The position numbers and the translations under genes were made by a program. This document shows positions 12,701 through 25,832 of a stretch of DNA of 64,000 bases, in pieces (the stretch's first letter is position 1; the number at the start of each line of letters is the position of its first letter). The DNA is from Ophelia neglecta (taxonomy: Eukaryota): positions 34,534,001-34,598,000 of the forward strand of contig OZ260662.1 of NCBI GenBank assembly GCA_965285935.1, given 5' to 3'. The notes under the pieces were generated by a model. That model searched no databases, had not been told where the DNA came from, and worked only from the letters and a program-made list of their open reading frames with translations.

Positions 12701-14749
12701 TTGGGCTCCTTTTTATGTGTACCAGTTGTGTTTACATCCATCAGGTTGTGACGCCACTGGTAGTCGGGCCAGGTTTTCATTCATTTGTGGTATCCATCTT
12801 GGACAATGATTTGTTAGTCCCCACGCTAGCATTCAGTCAAGCAGACCACTTCAGATGTCGGCCTCAGGGTATACATGTACATCTATGATGTTTTGATTAT
12901 CGCAAACAATATTGATCACACATGTACACATGTGTTGATTACCAGTGATTCAAAGTGAGCAATGGATATTTACTAGCAGCTCAATGGAAAAAATTTTGGA
13001 TAGGTTTCATTATATATTAATCCGTCATATATTTTAGCTTCATGAATAATGCTCCCAGCCTTGTTTGTTCTTGGTGTAGGAGGAATACATGATCTTGTTA
13101 CAAGCTTTTCCATTGAAAGTATCTGACAAAAAATAGTATTTTCATACATGCTATGCCTAAATCCATCTTGGCAAGCTTTTAATGCCTTCTGATTGGTGCA
13201 GGCTTAATAGAAAATACAGACAAGTGTTAACCCAGCTATGTGTGCATGTTTTTTCAATATCATGACTTTGGAGACCTAGCTGATCTAGAATATTCCTCTT
13301 TTCCTGGGTATATGATGTGGGGTCCCTCTTATTAATGTAGAATATCTATTTATTATGATTCATCAATGAAAGCACTTCTGTAGGATCCTAGGATCCTAGC
13401 AAAGTGATAAAAATAGATGTGAATTCTTTGATGTTTGTGCATGTACATGTACATGAACATGTCATTCATGTACATGTATACATGTTTATGACTTTTACGG
13501 ATGTAGCCAACATGTTTTCTTTTATGAGTAGGGCTACATTTAATCTAAGAGTATTGAATTGTTTTCATGACTTCACATGTAGATGTAGTTTTGAAAAAAT
13601 GAATAAAGAAACATATCCTCAGTCAGAGAAGATTTGCTGTTGGAGTTGATTGGAGAAAACGAACGTAAGACTTCCATGAGTTGATGTGACCTCGTAAAAA
13701 ATAAGATAACGATTTAAGGATCAATTTACTGGTTACTACACATAAAAGTCACGACTGGTGTGGAATTTACAATTGTTTAGACTCCAGGACATTTCAATTC
13801 TCTTTTCAATTCACTCCCACCCTTGCTTATCTTTTGACTATGTTAAGTGACAAGTTTTTTATGTGCTATTTGAATGTTTTATCTGAAACTTTAAGAGAGT
13901 CTTATGGTATTGATATATCTGAAGTGTTAAAAACGATTTCCTTTAGTGATTTTTTTATTGTTTCAAGGCAAGTGTCTCAAGTCAATGTTGATGGGGCCTG
14001 ATTGTATATTTGACCAATCTGTTGGTATTGAAAAGAGCACTGTGTCACCTTGTCTAGGCGGGTTGTCACCTAATTACTCTACAGACTTTTTTAATGTTGT
14101 CACTTGTTCAGTAGTTTGTAGTTCATGTTTTTTGTCACCTAGACTACTTCAAAGAACTGTATGTCTCTTATAAGATTTTTTATTTGTTCTTAAATCCTGC
14201 GAATGAATCGATCAGAGCAAGTGAAAAATGGTGAAAGTTGCTTTAGGATCATGCACTAGTACAGCATTACACTGACGGCAAATCCACAGACAAGTTGGCC
14301 ACACAAATCTATGTATATGCTAATTGAACCTTAACTGAGGATACTTCAAAATAGCAAGGTTAAATGAAATCCTGACAAGCAAGCCAGTCATGTCTTGGCA
14401 ACAAGTTCTGATTTTTGCACCAGGAGTTGGCATGAATTGTAGGGAAAAAAACTGTGATTTTTACAAGTACATTAAGTGCTTGAATCCAAAGAAACAGGCC
14501 TCGGGGAAAATAAGGGCTTGAATTTATGTTTCATTGACAGAAATATCTTTACACAATTAAATGCCAATAAATAGTCATTTGTGTGATGTCAATTTGTGAC
14601 CAAGCTGGACTAAATCTTGTCATTTTATTTCACGATAAAGTAAAGATGTATATGTTTTGATGGTGTTTGGCATCATATGTCAAGGACAAATGAAGTCACA
14701 AAGCAATTTAAAGTGTCAAGGTCAAGGAAATTCTGAATGTGAAATAAAT

Positions 14750-15027
14750 AAGATCACCAGCTATTAAGTTCCTCTCCCTCCGAGAAGAACAGCAAATAAG
14801 ATCACAGAGGAAGCCCATGCACACTGAGGAGGCAAAACAAAAGGTCCTCAATAATTTCCTCTCACACTAAGAGCGCAAAACAAAAGATCAACAAGTCCCT
14901 CTCAATCAATGGAGACAAACAAAAGACAATCAACATGCCTGTCTCACTCTAAGGAGCAAAAAAGACCTTCATAACGTCTCTCTCACTCTCAACCAAACGA
15001 CAAACATCAAGATCAAACATTTATGTT
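14750..15027. repeat. Degenerate leading copies related to the adjacent minisatellite
   Basis: Recurring ctctca..ct.ag.ag..aaaacaaaaga..tcaa pattern at roughly 40-50 bp spacing, grading into the 47-bp array. Confidence 0.5.
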
Positions 15028-16952
15028 CAATCTGAGGACCATCAGTCTTACTGTCTATCTGAGGAGAGAAAACAACACTAACCATCAATTAATCTGCCTG
15101 TTAATCTGCGGAGAAAAAACAACTCTAACCATCAACTAGTCTAACTGTGATCTGGGGAGAAAACAGTACTAACCATCAACTAGTCTTGCTGTCTATCTGA
15201 GGAGAAAACAGCACTCACCATCAATTAATCTGCCTGTTAATCTGCGGAGAAAAAAACAACTCTAACCATCACTTAGTCTAACTGTGATCTGGGGAGAAAA
15301 CAGTACTAACCATCAACTAGTCTTGCTGTCTATCTGAGGAGAAAACAGCACTCACCATCAATTTGTCTGACTGTCAATCTGAGGAGAGAAAACAGCACTG
15401 AGAATCAACTAGTCTGACTGTCACTCTGAAGAGAGAAAACAAAACTAACAATCAACTAGTCAAACTGTGGATCTGAGGAGAGAAAACAGCACTAACCATC
15501 AACTAGTCTGACTGTGAATCTGAGGAGAATAAAAAGCACTAACCATCAACTAGTCTGACTGTCTATCTGAGGAGAGAAAACAACATTAACCATAAACTAG
15601 TCTGACTGTCACTCTGAGGAGAGAAAACAACACTAATAGTCAACTTGTCTTACTGTGAATCTGAGGAGAGAAAACAGCACTAACCATCAACTAGTCTGAC
15701 TGTCACTCTGAGGAGAGAAAACAACACCAATAGTCAACTTGTCTTACTGTGAATCTGAGGAGAGAAAACAGCACTAACCATCAACTAGTCTGACTGTCAC
15801 TCTGAGGAGAGAAAACAAAACTAACAATCAACTAGTCATACTGTGAATCTGAGGAGAGAAAACAACATTAACAATCAACTGGTCCGACTGTCTATCTGAG
15901 GAGAGAAAACAACACTAATAGTCAACTAGTCTGACTGTCACTCTGAGGAGAGAAAACAGCACTAACCATCAACTAGTCAAACTGTGAATCTGAGGAGAGA
16001 AAAACAATCTGAGGAGAGAAAACAACATTAACCATAAACTAGTCTGACTGTCACTCTGAGGAGAGAAAACAACACTAATAGTCAACTTGTCTTACTGTGA
16101 ATCTGAGGAGAGAAAACAGCACTAACCATCAACTAGTCTGACTGTCACTCTGAGGAGAGAAAACAACACCGATAGTCAACTTGTCTTACTGTGAATCTGA
16201 GGAGAGAAAACAGTACTAACCATCAACTAGTCTGACTGTCACTCTGAGGAGAGAAAACAAAACTAACAATCAACTAGTCATACTGTGAATCTGAGGAGAG
16301 AAAACAACATTAACAATCAACTGGTCCGACTGTCTATCTGAGGAGAGAAAACAACACTAATAGTCAACTAGTCTGACTGTCACTCTGAGGAGAGAAAACA
16401 GCACTAACCATCAACTAGTCAAACTGTGAATCTGAGGAGAGAAAAACAATCTGAGGAGAGAAAACAACATTAACCATAAACTAGTCTGACTGTCACTCTG
16501 AGGAGAGAAAACCACACTTATAGTCAACTTGTCTTACTGTGAATCTGAGGAGAGAAAACAGCACTAACAATCAACTAGTCTGACTGTCACTCTGAGGAGA
16601 GAAAACAAAACTAATAATCAACTAGTCAAACTGTGAATCTGAGGAGAGAAAACAACACTAACCATCAACTAGTCTGACTGTGAATCTGAGGAGAATAAAA
16701 AGCACTAACCATCAACTAGTCTGACTGTCACTCTGAGGAGAGAAAACAAAACTAACAATCAACTAGTCAAACTGTGAATCTAACCATCAACTAGTCTGAC
16801 TGTCACTCTGAGGAGAGAAAACAAAACTAACAATCAAGTAGTCAAACTGAATCTGAGGAGAGAAAACAGCACTAACCATCAACTAGTCTGACTGTGAATC
16901 TGAGGAGGATAAAAAGCACTAACCATCAACTAGTCTGACTGTCTATCTGAGG
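15028..16952. repeat. 47-bp minisatellite, ~40 copies; consensus TCTGAGGAGAGAAAACAGCACTAACCATCAACTAGTCTGACTGTGAA
   Basis: ctgagg recurs at 47-bp spacing (e.g. 15661 and 15708); units vary by point changes only. Confidence 0.97.
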
Positions 16953-17250
16953 GGTAAGCTCCATTATAGTAGTATATGGGGATATGCCACTTACCTGAGA
17001 GGGTTTTCAGAGGGGGGATTTACATGCATGTTTTTTTGGCAAACCCTTACATGATTGGGTACCTTTTTTGCCAAATCCCTACATGGGTGGGTGCTTTTCA
17101 GCAAACCCTCACATGGGTTGTTTATCCAAAGCCATGATTTACATGCATGGGTATATACTAGTTAGGTATTTTTTACATGAATAAATTGGGTATAGTAACA
17201 GAATCTAATTGGCACCTCTACATCTAAACAATATGGAACTCCCCCCCCCC
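16950..17250. mobile_element. Possible degraded non-autonomous element with G-rich/C-rich ends and internal ~30-bp subrepeats
   Basis: Left end ggggtaagctccattat loosely mirrors right end aatatggaactcccccc; three internal tttt..caaa.cc.tacatg..tgg subrepeats at ~17030-17120. Confidence 0.35.
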
Positions 17251-19344
17251 CACCCCAACCCCCCACCCCACCCCAAGCCTGCTTCTAGGTGATAATAGTC
17301 ATAACTGTCATAACTTAAGCTATTGTCAGATCACATGTATGATGTAAAAAGGGATCACATATTTCTTTGACAACATCTGTATAATATGATAAGCAGTTTG
17401 TACATTGAAGATCACACATGATTGCAGGACTATTAAAAATACTTGTGTATCTGCATAATTTGACTGACATTGTGTAAGCAAGTTTAAAGCATGTCTGCAG
17501 TGGGTGGCAATATAAAAACTCATTTGGCATGCCTCAAGGAACAACAACAAATTTGGCTATTGTCCCTCATTCCTCACCATCTGAATAGTCTGCTGAAGAG
17601 TAAAGGGGTACATGATATGGTTGAAACAGTTATTATTTGATAACAGTCGAGCATGATGTTATAATGGTTCTGTCATGTAACTTGGAGAGAAAGAGAAAGC
17701 AGGCTTTTACTTGATGAAATTTACTATGGAAATGAATGTTTTGTGCTTGGGACTTTTTTCTAAACAGAGATGATTATTGAATACATATACAAAGTAGATA
17801 CACAGCCTGTAGTATATACCACAAAGCTGACAGTCTACAGTTCAGCATAGTTCATGACATATCTTTTTAAGTAAAATCAATTGGTGAATTCAAGTGTTTT
17901 TTGAATTTAACTAGATATAATTTGAATACAAATGTAAGAATTATATTTTTATGATGCAATACACCATTTTCAACTACCATGTACCTGGTGGTTCCTGATC
18001 GCAGCCAATTTAATACCCATTATACAAGATATATGATTGAAATAAATAATAATGTTTTATGAACATGCCTCCCAATGTCTAGGCTTTTATAAGAGAGATA
18101 AGTAAGATTATTTAGAGGTAATAGATGACCTCAATATAATTAGACATTTACAGGGTTGTGATCTTAGTGTTATTAGGTTGTTGAGTTACCTGTAGTTGAA
18201 GGGGCTGTCAGATGTCTGAAAGCAGTAAGACAAATTGGGCTTTGTGAGCAGGTAGAGGCAATGCACAGCTGAGGATATTAAGATATGGAAAGAGTTCCTG
18301 GACACATTTCTTTGTATCACATTCAATTTTTGAAATTTAACAGTCCAAACAATCTTAACAGAAATATATATTCTCAAATATAGATGCACTATGATGTGTA
18401 CACCTCAGAAATTTGTGCCAAAATAAAACATTCTGTCAGAGCCATCGTTCCATACCTACCCTTGTGACCTGAAAAATCTTGTTCTTGTGAAATGGACTGC
18501 AGATGGAGAATTGTTTAGTGATCAACTGAAAATTAAACATGGCTTTTAAATGGTGTGGTATTTGAACCCAAAATAGTTTTGTTCATTCAGTGAATCAGAC
18601 CTATGTTTACAATTCCAAATGCTAGCGATTAATAAAAACTCCATTCTTCAAGCATTTTAATACATTACAAAACCAATAAGTGGTTTTGATATATGATAGG
18701 AGAGTTGTTTTGAAGTTAATGTTCTGAATCAGTTCTTTATCAAATAACATTAGAAGTTTTTGACTAGATGACTCCAATATTCTCAATGGACAGCCTTCTT
18801 GTGTGACATACGATTCTTAACACATCATGTTAAGTGGAGAGGATCCTGCGCACTTTTTTTGTGTTCAAGTTTCTGGATGGGTGGAGAGTTTGCTGGTTGG
18901 CTGTTGGTCAGTGGAGAATTCTCTTCTTGTCATCACAATCCACATTTATCATTGGCACAGCCGCCAATAAAAAGATATCTCTCTACTTGGGGAAATGTAT
19001 ACCCGCACTTCTGAAGGGAGAGTCAAGAGCGGAGAGACTTGTGAAAAAGTTTTCTGAGTACTTGGATACATTTAGTTGAAGTCTGAGTAACATTCAAGAT
19101 GAGAGAAATTTACCTAGGATTGTTATTTTTCAACTTCTTTTATCCAATTCTAGGATTGAAAAGTATGATACTTTGAAGGCTTGAAGAATCACAAACCTCA
19201 CAAAACTAAAATACATTTCCGTAGATTCACATCAACTTATTAAGGGCAGTGAATACCTGGTAGCAAGGAACCAGTTATGATTATTAAGATATAGTTTCAT
19301 TGATATGTGCTGACTAGATAGTAACTATTGTGTTTTCATTTCAG

Positions 19345-19449
19345 GAGCCTGTCACAGTGGTAGTTGTTTCAATGGTGGCCAGTGTATGGGGAGTTACTCA
19401 CAGCTGTGCTCCTGTTCATCAGGCTTCCAGGGACCAAGGTGCCAGTATG
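19345..19449 (+). CDS. MEGF6: MEGF6-like exon A: EGF domain (x)ACHSGSCFNGGQCMGSYSQLCSCSSGFQGPRCQY
   Basis: ttttcatttcag acceptor, G|gtgagt donor, 105 nt, phase 1-1, six Cys in EGF spacing; GFQGPRCQY-D matches the first EGF of vertebrate MEGF6 as I recall it. The ORF track shows a different frame here. Confidence 0.93.
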
Positions 19450-22400
19450 GTGAGTTTTAAAACTTCTATTTCAACTATTCAAAATCCACAATTTTCCAAA
19501 ATTCTCACTTATTAAGGAAATGGAAGTTACACTTATCATATGGTAACAGCTATGGGACTAGAAGCTAGATTGACTGTGCCTTAACAACTAGAGTCAAAAC
19601 ACCTCCCAGACATTCACTACTGGGTTTATTGGAATAATTTTTTCCAAATGTTTTATATCACATATGCCATATTACCATACTGGTCAAATAAGCAATTTTG
19701 TGATAAAAATCCAACCCCAATACCATGTTGCCTTCTATTATATTATTGGTCGGAGCAATTGTAATTATGAGCATTGTTATATATGATAAACAAAAGTAAT
19801 TAGTCTATGGACTAGGACCATATCACCGAAAGTGGTCAGACCTCTTTCTGAAATGAGGTGCTTTTTATCATCGGACATGCACAAAAAACTGCTCCAGTCT
19901 GTGATGTCTACATGTATGCTGTATATGAAAATGTAGAATCAGATAGAATCAGCTCTGACTTGAAAATAAAATAACCTTAAATTGGTACAAGTGAACACCA
20001 GAAGAAGAAACAGTGTAGATTAAAACTGAAGAAAATGTCAACATTCTTTAAAATGATTACAGATCATGAATGGAGCTGTTATCTAAAATGAAATTATAAG
20101 GCCATGAAGGACATTTTGATAACTGTCTTAGTGATGTAGGGCAGGTAGGGAATGTACTGCACAAGTACACTCTGCCACCCTCTCTAACCCTCCCCTCTTC
20201 TTGATTCCTGTGAAATATGTGGTTTACTTGAAGTAAATTTCTGTTAGGTACTTTTAGTATCCTCATACCGATGAACCTTAATTAATTAAGTTATTTTTGC
20301 CTTATCAACAACATTTTTAAATGGTAATAAAAGAATGTTGGGTATAAATGTAATCGAGCCTGATCGCAAGGCAAGTCATTTCTAAGTGCCTTTGCTTATG
20401 ATATGTGCTCAGATTTTGAATGATTGGCAAAAAAGGGGGATAATAATATTTTTTTAATAGTTGAATTTAGGTCTCTAGCTGATTGTACTAATTGTACCAG
20501 TTAGATGCAGGACTCACCCGACAGAATTAATATATTTCACTATAGAAGAGTGATATTTTTTGTAATTCCAGATGTCAAGAGTGCCATGGGGGTCTTAATT
20601 TTAATAGTTGGGGGACAAAGAAAAATATCATTAATCACAAATCAATTACTGTTCAGTCAAGTATGAGAGACAAATTGATCTATTGAAATAACCCTCATGA
20701 ACTGCTACATAGTTCATCATGGAAATTACCCCACTGAATGGCTTGGAGTGCAAGATGACAGAAAAGCACTCACCGAAAGTCAATGGTTGGCAATTTTATG
20801 TATCTTCTTGGGGTTCAAAATCAAGTGTCTTTTATAATTGTAGGAATAAAATGAAGCAATAGATGACATTTTAAGGGCCAATTACAATTCCAAGCCATAA
20901 AAAATTTAGGTAAAATTACCCATTTTTCTTGTATTCATCTTGCACTTAACCTCCTGAAGAGACTTTCTATGGGGAATATAAAAAGATACGCTATATAGTT
21001 GTGTTTACTCTCCCTGAGATTTGACTTTATCTTGAACACATTGCTGTAGGAGAAGGTTCGGGACAAATCTGGCTACTGTAGTGATTGGGTGGTCTTTGTG
21101 GGTCACTTCCTCCCAATGGTAGCCTTTATCAGGACTTAGTTATCAATATAGGGTCATTGAATCTTCATATCACATTCATTATATTGACATAAGGTGTTCT
21201 CATCCTTATGACATGCTAGTCAAATAGAGGAAAATTCACCACTTTATGGCGCGGCCAAATATTAGCTAAATATTTATTGATAACCACCATCCATTATTAG
21301 CAACAAAACATGTTTCAAGATAGAAGATTGACTCTTTTGTTAGTAATTCAATTTTGTCTGCAACTTTCATATGTTTCCATTGTGTCTAAGTGCTCCATGA
21401 TTTTACATTCTATTACACATAGATGTTTTTGAGCCTAGATTTATATATATAAGAGAGATTTTTATCTTCTTTTAAGTGAGCCAGAGGCCTACATGCACAT
21501 CAGTTGAACAACTGATAAACTATTATTTGATAGGTTTTAAGAGGAAAAAAACCTGTAGAAATATGATAAAAATCCTTTAGGTCAAGATGTCTACCAATGA
21601 ATTAAAGAGTAACACTACACTCGTTAGAACAGTCAAGGTTACTATAAAAGTAATACATATTTTCGAAACCTGTAGTAGAAGTAAATATATAAGTTTAGAA
21701 CTTAAAATAGTTGATGAAGAAGTTAGTGTTTCAGTGTTCAATCCAGAAATTTTCCATCGGGAGCCCCATGGCCCTTACAAGCCATTATAGTTGAGGAGTT
21801 CAGCATACAAACCTTGGCCATAATTTCCTAGAGGCAGAATAAAAATAATGTTTTTTTGCCAGCCCTCTTTTGCCTTCTCGCCTGCACTGTCCTTCTTTGG
21901 ACACCAGTTATATATATATCACTTTTTCCATTTTTCCTTTCCTTGCCAAATTTAGGTATAATTACAATCTTTATCATAAGGTCAAGGTTTCAAAACTCTT
22001 CAAATTTACAATAAATGACTATGATTAGGTACTAATAGGAATTTTTTTTACAAAATTGCCATGAATGAAATATTGCACAGTAAATCCTTTTGTCTGTTGC
22101 ACGCTCCTGGTAAGACTTTACTGTATTATGAAAGAAAAACTTGGGGCTTGTGACAGCATAAAGAATGGCCACAGGTACAGCTTGTCATTACATAGGATAA
22201 AAACTTGACACATTGTTTATTTATCCCATGGAGTACTACCACCTCAGTGCATGGTTTGTGTGTGTGTGAAATTTGAAAATTGTCAATATGTATAATATAG
22301 TTTTTTTGGACTTCATTTTGCATTTCCTTTTTTTCTTCAAACTGTTGTGCATTTACTTATGGTTTATTACTTACATGTATGCTGTATTCTCTGTTATGAA

Positions 22401-23030
22401 GAGACCCTACCCTTATAATTGCCTAATCCCCAATTTGTTCTTCAACTTGCCTACTTTTTATTTTGATGGTCCTCTTTAAAAAAAAAGGTGTCTGAGCTGA
22501 TTCTGACTACATGAAATGAAATAAAATGGATGAGGAATTGCATAAAATCTGTTAAGTTGCTCATTGGATGAGTTGGTACGAATTGGTAGTCTTCCCCCCC
22601 CCCCTCCTCCTCCCCCTCCATTGACCTGTGAACTTTTACTGGTTGCTTTACTGAAACACCTCAGAACTTTGTCTGGGTGTCTTTTACCTATTCTGGGTGG
22701 TATCTGCTACAGAAATGCTGACACCTATTAAATTGCTGGAAAGTCCTCCCTGTTTTTGCATAATGACCATAATTATGGCATTACTACGCCTGTTTACCTA
22801 AAGGCTGTTATGATAGTGCTCAGATAACAACATCCCAGCCAGCAAGAAATGACATGACGCTTTCATGCCAAGGTTTAAAACTGCCCATTAGTTAGTCTTT
22901 TTTTAAAGACCTAACCATTGCTTTGCTGTCTAAAGCTTTGGAATTAACACCACAAACTCAGTTAAAGTTAGTTATGCCCTCTGTAATGAGTTACTAATCA
23001 CACCCAGGATCTACAACCTGTACTCCCATA

Positions 23031-23226
23031 TACTGTAAACCAGTAATTCTCACTTGCACTATATTTTCACGATTTTCCCAAATAATCAGAAAAATAATGC
23101 AGACGACAGTTTCATTCAACATCAAATTATACAGCCTTTTTTAATAATCATGAAAACAACATGCAGAAATTAAATGTTAAATGTATGTGACAATTTCATG
23201 CTGCAAAACTTTTATGTAGTACAGTA
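23031..23226. mobile_element. Degraded MITE-like element bounded by TACTGTA...TACAGTA
   Basis: Inverted termini tactgta(aac) / (tag)tacagta with TA ends, ~195 bp, non-coding. Confidence 0.45.
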
Positions 23227-25782
23227 CCAGTTCTAAATCTATAAATGAAAATTCCAGTTTCTCCAAATTTAGCATATGAAATTCCGGCTGATACATTGAT
23301 TATAATAGGGTTGGTACTGCCTGGGTGCTGTACATACTTAGGTGCTTCAGATGCCATAGGTGTCAGGTTCTAGCCCCTCTTCGTTTACAAAAGTCTCAAG
23401 ATTCTGGCCTCTCAACCAACTCCAACTTGGTGGTAGAGATATGACTCCTGATAGCTTGTTAGAATGTAAGAGCCACATGTATATTGTGTTCTCTAGGGAT
23501 CAGGTTTAGTCCAAGAATGCTCTGATCAATGAACAGTGTCCTGGCTACATAGAAAAGTCACACTAAAATTTGCTATTCCAGGAAGTAGTATAAAGAAAGG
23601 TCATTGAACTATTGCTCATACAATAAACTTTCCGTTGGACAAATCTGTTATAAGCCTCATTTTTATAATAAATGCAAGCATCTTTAAGAATATTTATTGG
23701 TAATTTTTTTCAAAAGTTGTTTGTATTGCAAATGAAAATGCAAATACTTTAGGCATACATATAAGTTGTTTCTATTTCCTCTATAGACTTGTTTTGTGCA
23801 CTTTTCAGCCTATTTCTGACTCATATGATTTTATCAGTTTACAGACAATCAACTATTCTCCCAGTTTTAAGTTTGGTTTATATGACTAAATAAGTGAAAC
23901 CTTTTCAAAATGCAGGGAAGTAGAAAGTCATGAGATCCGTCATACTGCGTCAATACTAGAAACTACCTACCATAAAGTAAACTGTGACTTTTTTAATAAT
24001 AGCAAGCCAATATATACATGTACATGTATGTTGACCAAGACCTCACTCTGAAGGCTGTAGGACAAACTGAGTCTTACTAAAACTAATGTTACATAAATCT
24101 GACTACCGGTAGTCTTGTCCCCAAACTCTGAGGGTTCAAGTCTACCACAGCCCCTCAGATGGCTGGGGACCATATCAAAACTACAAAATAAAAAATACCT
24201 GGCTTGAGTATAAAGAAGTTCTAAATCTAACTCTATGAGAACAGTCAGTCAGCTTCAACTTCCAATGTGAGATCCATGATAGTAAAATAGTTTAGATTCT
24301 AATCTCTCTGAGGACAGACTACATGGGACATTAGTCTGTGGAACTTGATTTTTTTTTGTCTGGATCCTGTAATGATACAGATTCCAGGCAGATGATGCCT
24401 TTTCACAGACCATGTAGCTTTCTATAGAGTCTCTTGAAACTAAAAAAAGACAGAAAAAAGCTGTTCTCAGAAAGAAGCGACATTGCAATATGTCTCTGTT
24501 GGGTTGTAAGTCCCTTGACTACATGGCCTGAGAGGCACAGAGCCTCCAGCCAAGAAATCAATGGTCTGCACCAATTTTACTGTCTGCATCTACTAGTATT
24601 TTATAATTCTGGTATTGATTTTGCTGAAGCAGATAGCAATCATTATGGCCCATGAATAGTCACCTTGTAGAAGCTGATATCCTACATCCAGGAATGGGGA
24701 AGTGGGCCTCTGATATGGGTTATTGAGATGTCTCTCTTGCCTGAAACAATTCTCTTTGATTTTCATGGGTGATTTGGAATTATGCAATAAAAATTCAGTC
24801 CCAAAATGGTTGTATTATAAAAGATGATGCATCTTTTTTGACTGAAGTACAACTCCAGCTACAGTATAACAGACAAAAAGTACTTGTTCTTCTTAGCTGC
24901 AATCATTCATTCTGTATATACATGTATATATACATCCCTCCAGTTACCTGCACCCAGGCTATCTATCAGACAAGTATTGGTATTGTTTGAATTTTTAAGC
25001 GATGATTCACTCAGTCGGAAGCTTCTTCTCTGTAAGGGTTATTGCACTAATTTCCATTTAAAAAAGGTTCTACATTATTACCAGAGGAAATTGGGATGGG
25101 TGGTTCACTGGTAATTTACATTCTTTAGTGTTTTATTCATTCAAAATTCAAGCTAGGAGTAGACTGCCAGGCACGTAAGAAACCCAGTTTCTATATGAAT
25201 AGCGACTACCTGCAGATCTATCAAAATTCTTATCTCTGCCCTGCACAGATACATTACAGTCTATTATAAATGCATCATAATATTAAGTACCAAATATTTT
25301 CTGCAATCATCTTAATAAGAATGAATTTATATATATACTTATAGTTTACAATTCAGCTAAATCGTCCAAGCATTTATCACTCAAAAACCTGGTCAAATTG
25401 AGATGATAGCTGTGTGTTTGTGAGGTATAAACTGTTTGGCATGACTGGCTTATAGAGATGATATCTACAAGTAGCAAAGCACCACCTATAATTACGATCA
25501 GGGTAGTTTTCCGCTTCTTAGTCGCAAGCAAGCTATGGTTACATATATAAAAATGGGGCTAGACCCCTTATGACAAGAGGCTTTATCTCAATGTGACAGG
25601 ATCACATAGGGGCGGTCTGAAGGTGTTAAATGAACTCAAAACCAGGGTTCATTTGGCAGGGTATTTGTCCGCCTCCTAACCAGGCTTGTGATTAGGGATT
25701 TTATCACCAACTTTTTTATTCCCATTCATATCACCTGCGTGTATCATCTTGAACATTCTAATCACAGCTTGGAACACAATTT

Positions 25783-25832
25783 CCAGGTGAGCTATTAGAA
25801 AGATTGCCCAGGTGAGCTATAAGAAAGATTGC
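25783..25832. repeat. 25-bp direct duplication CCAGGTGAGCTAT(T/A)AGAAAGATTGC x2
   Basis: Two adjacent copies with one mismatch. Confidence 0.85.

Noticed and set aside
15028-16952. CRISPR-like regular array
   Set aside because: Units are head-to-tail with no unique spacers, there are no cas genes, and the context is a eukaryotic intron.
17480-17545. VCSGWQ as a possible EMI-domain (CCxGW) exon
   Set aside because: Lacks the CC pair and suitable splice sites; no EMI exon was found in 1-19344, so it is presumably upstream of the window.
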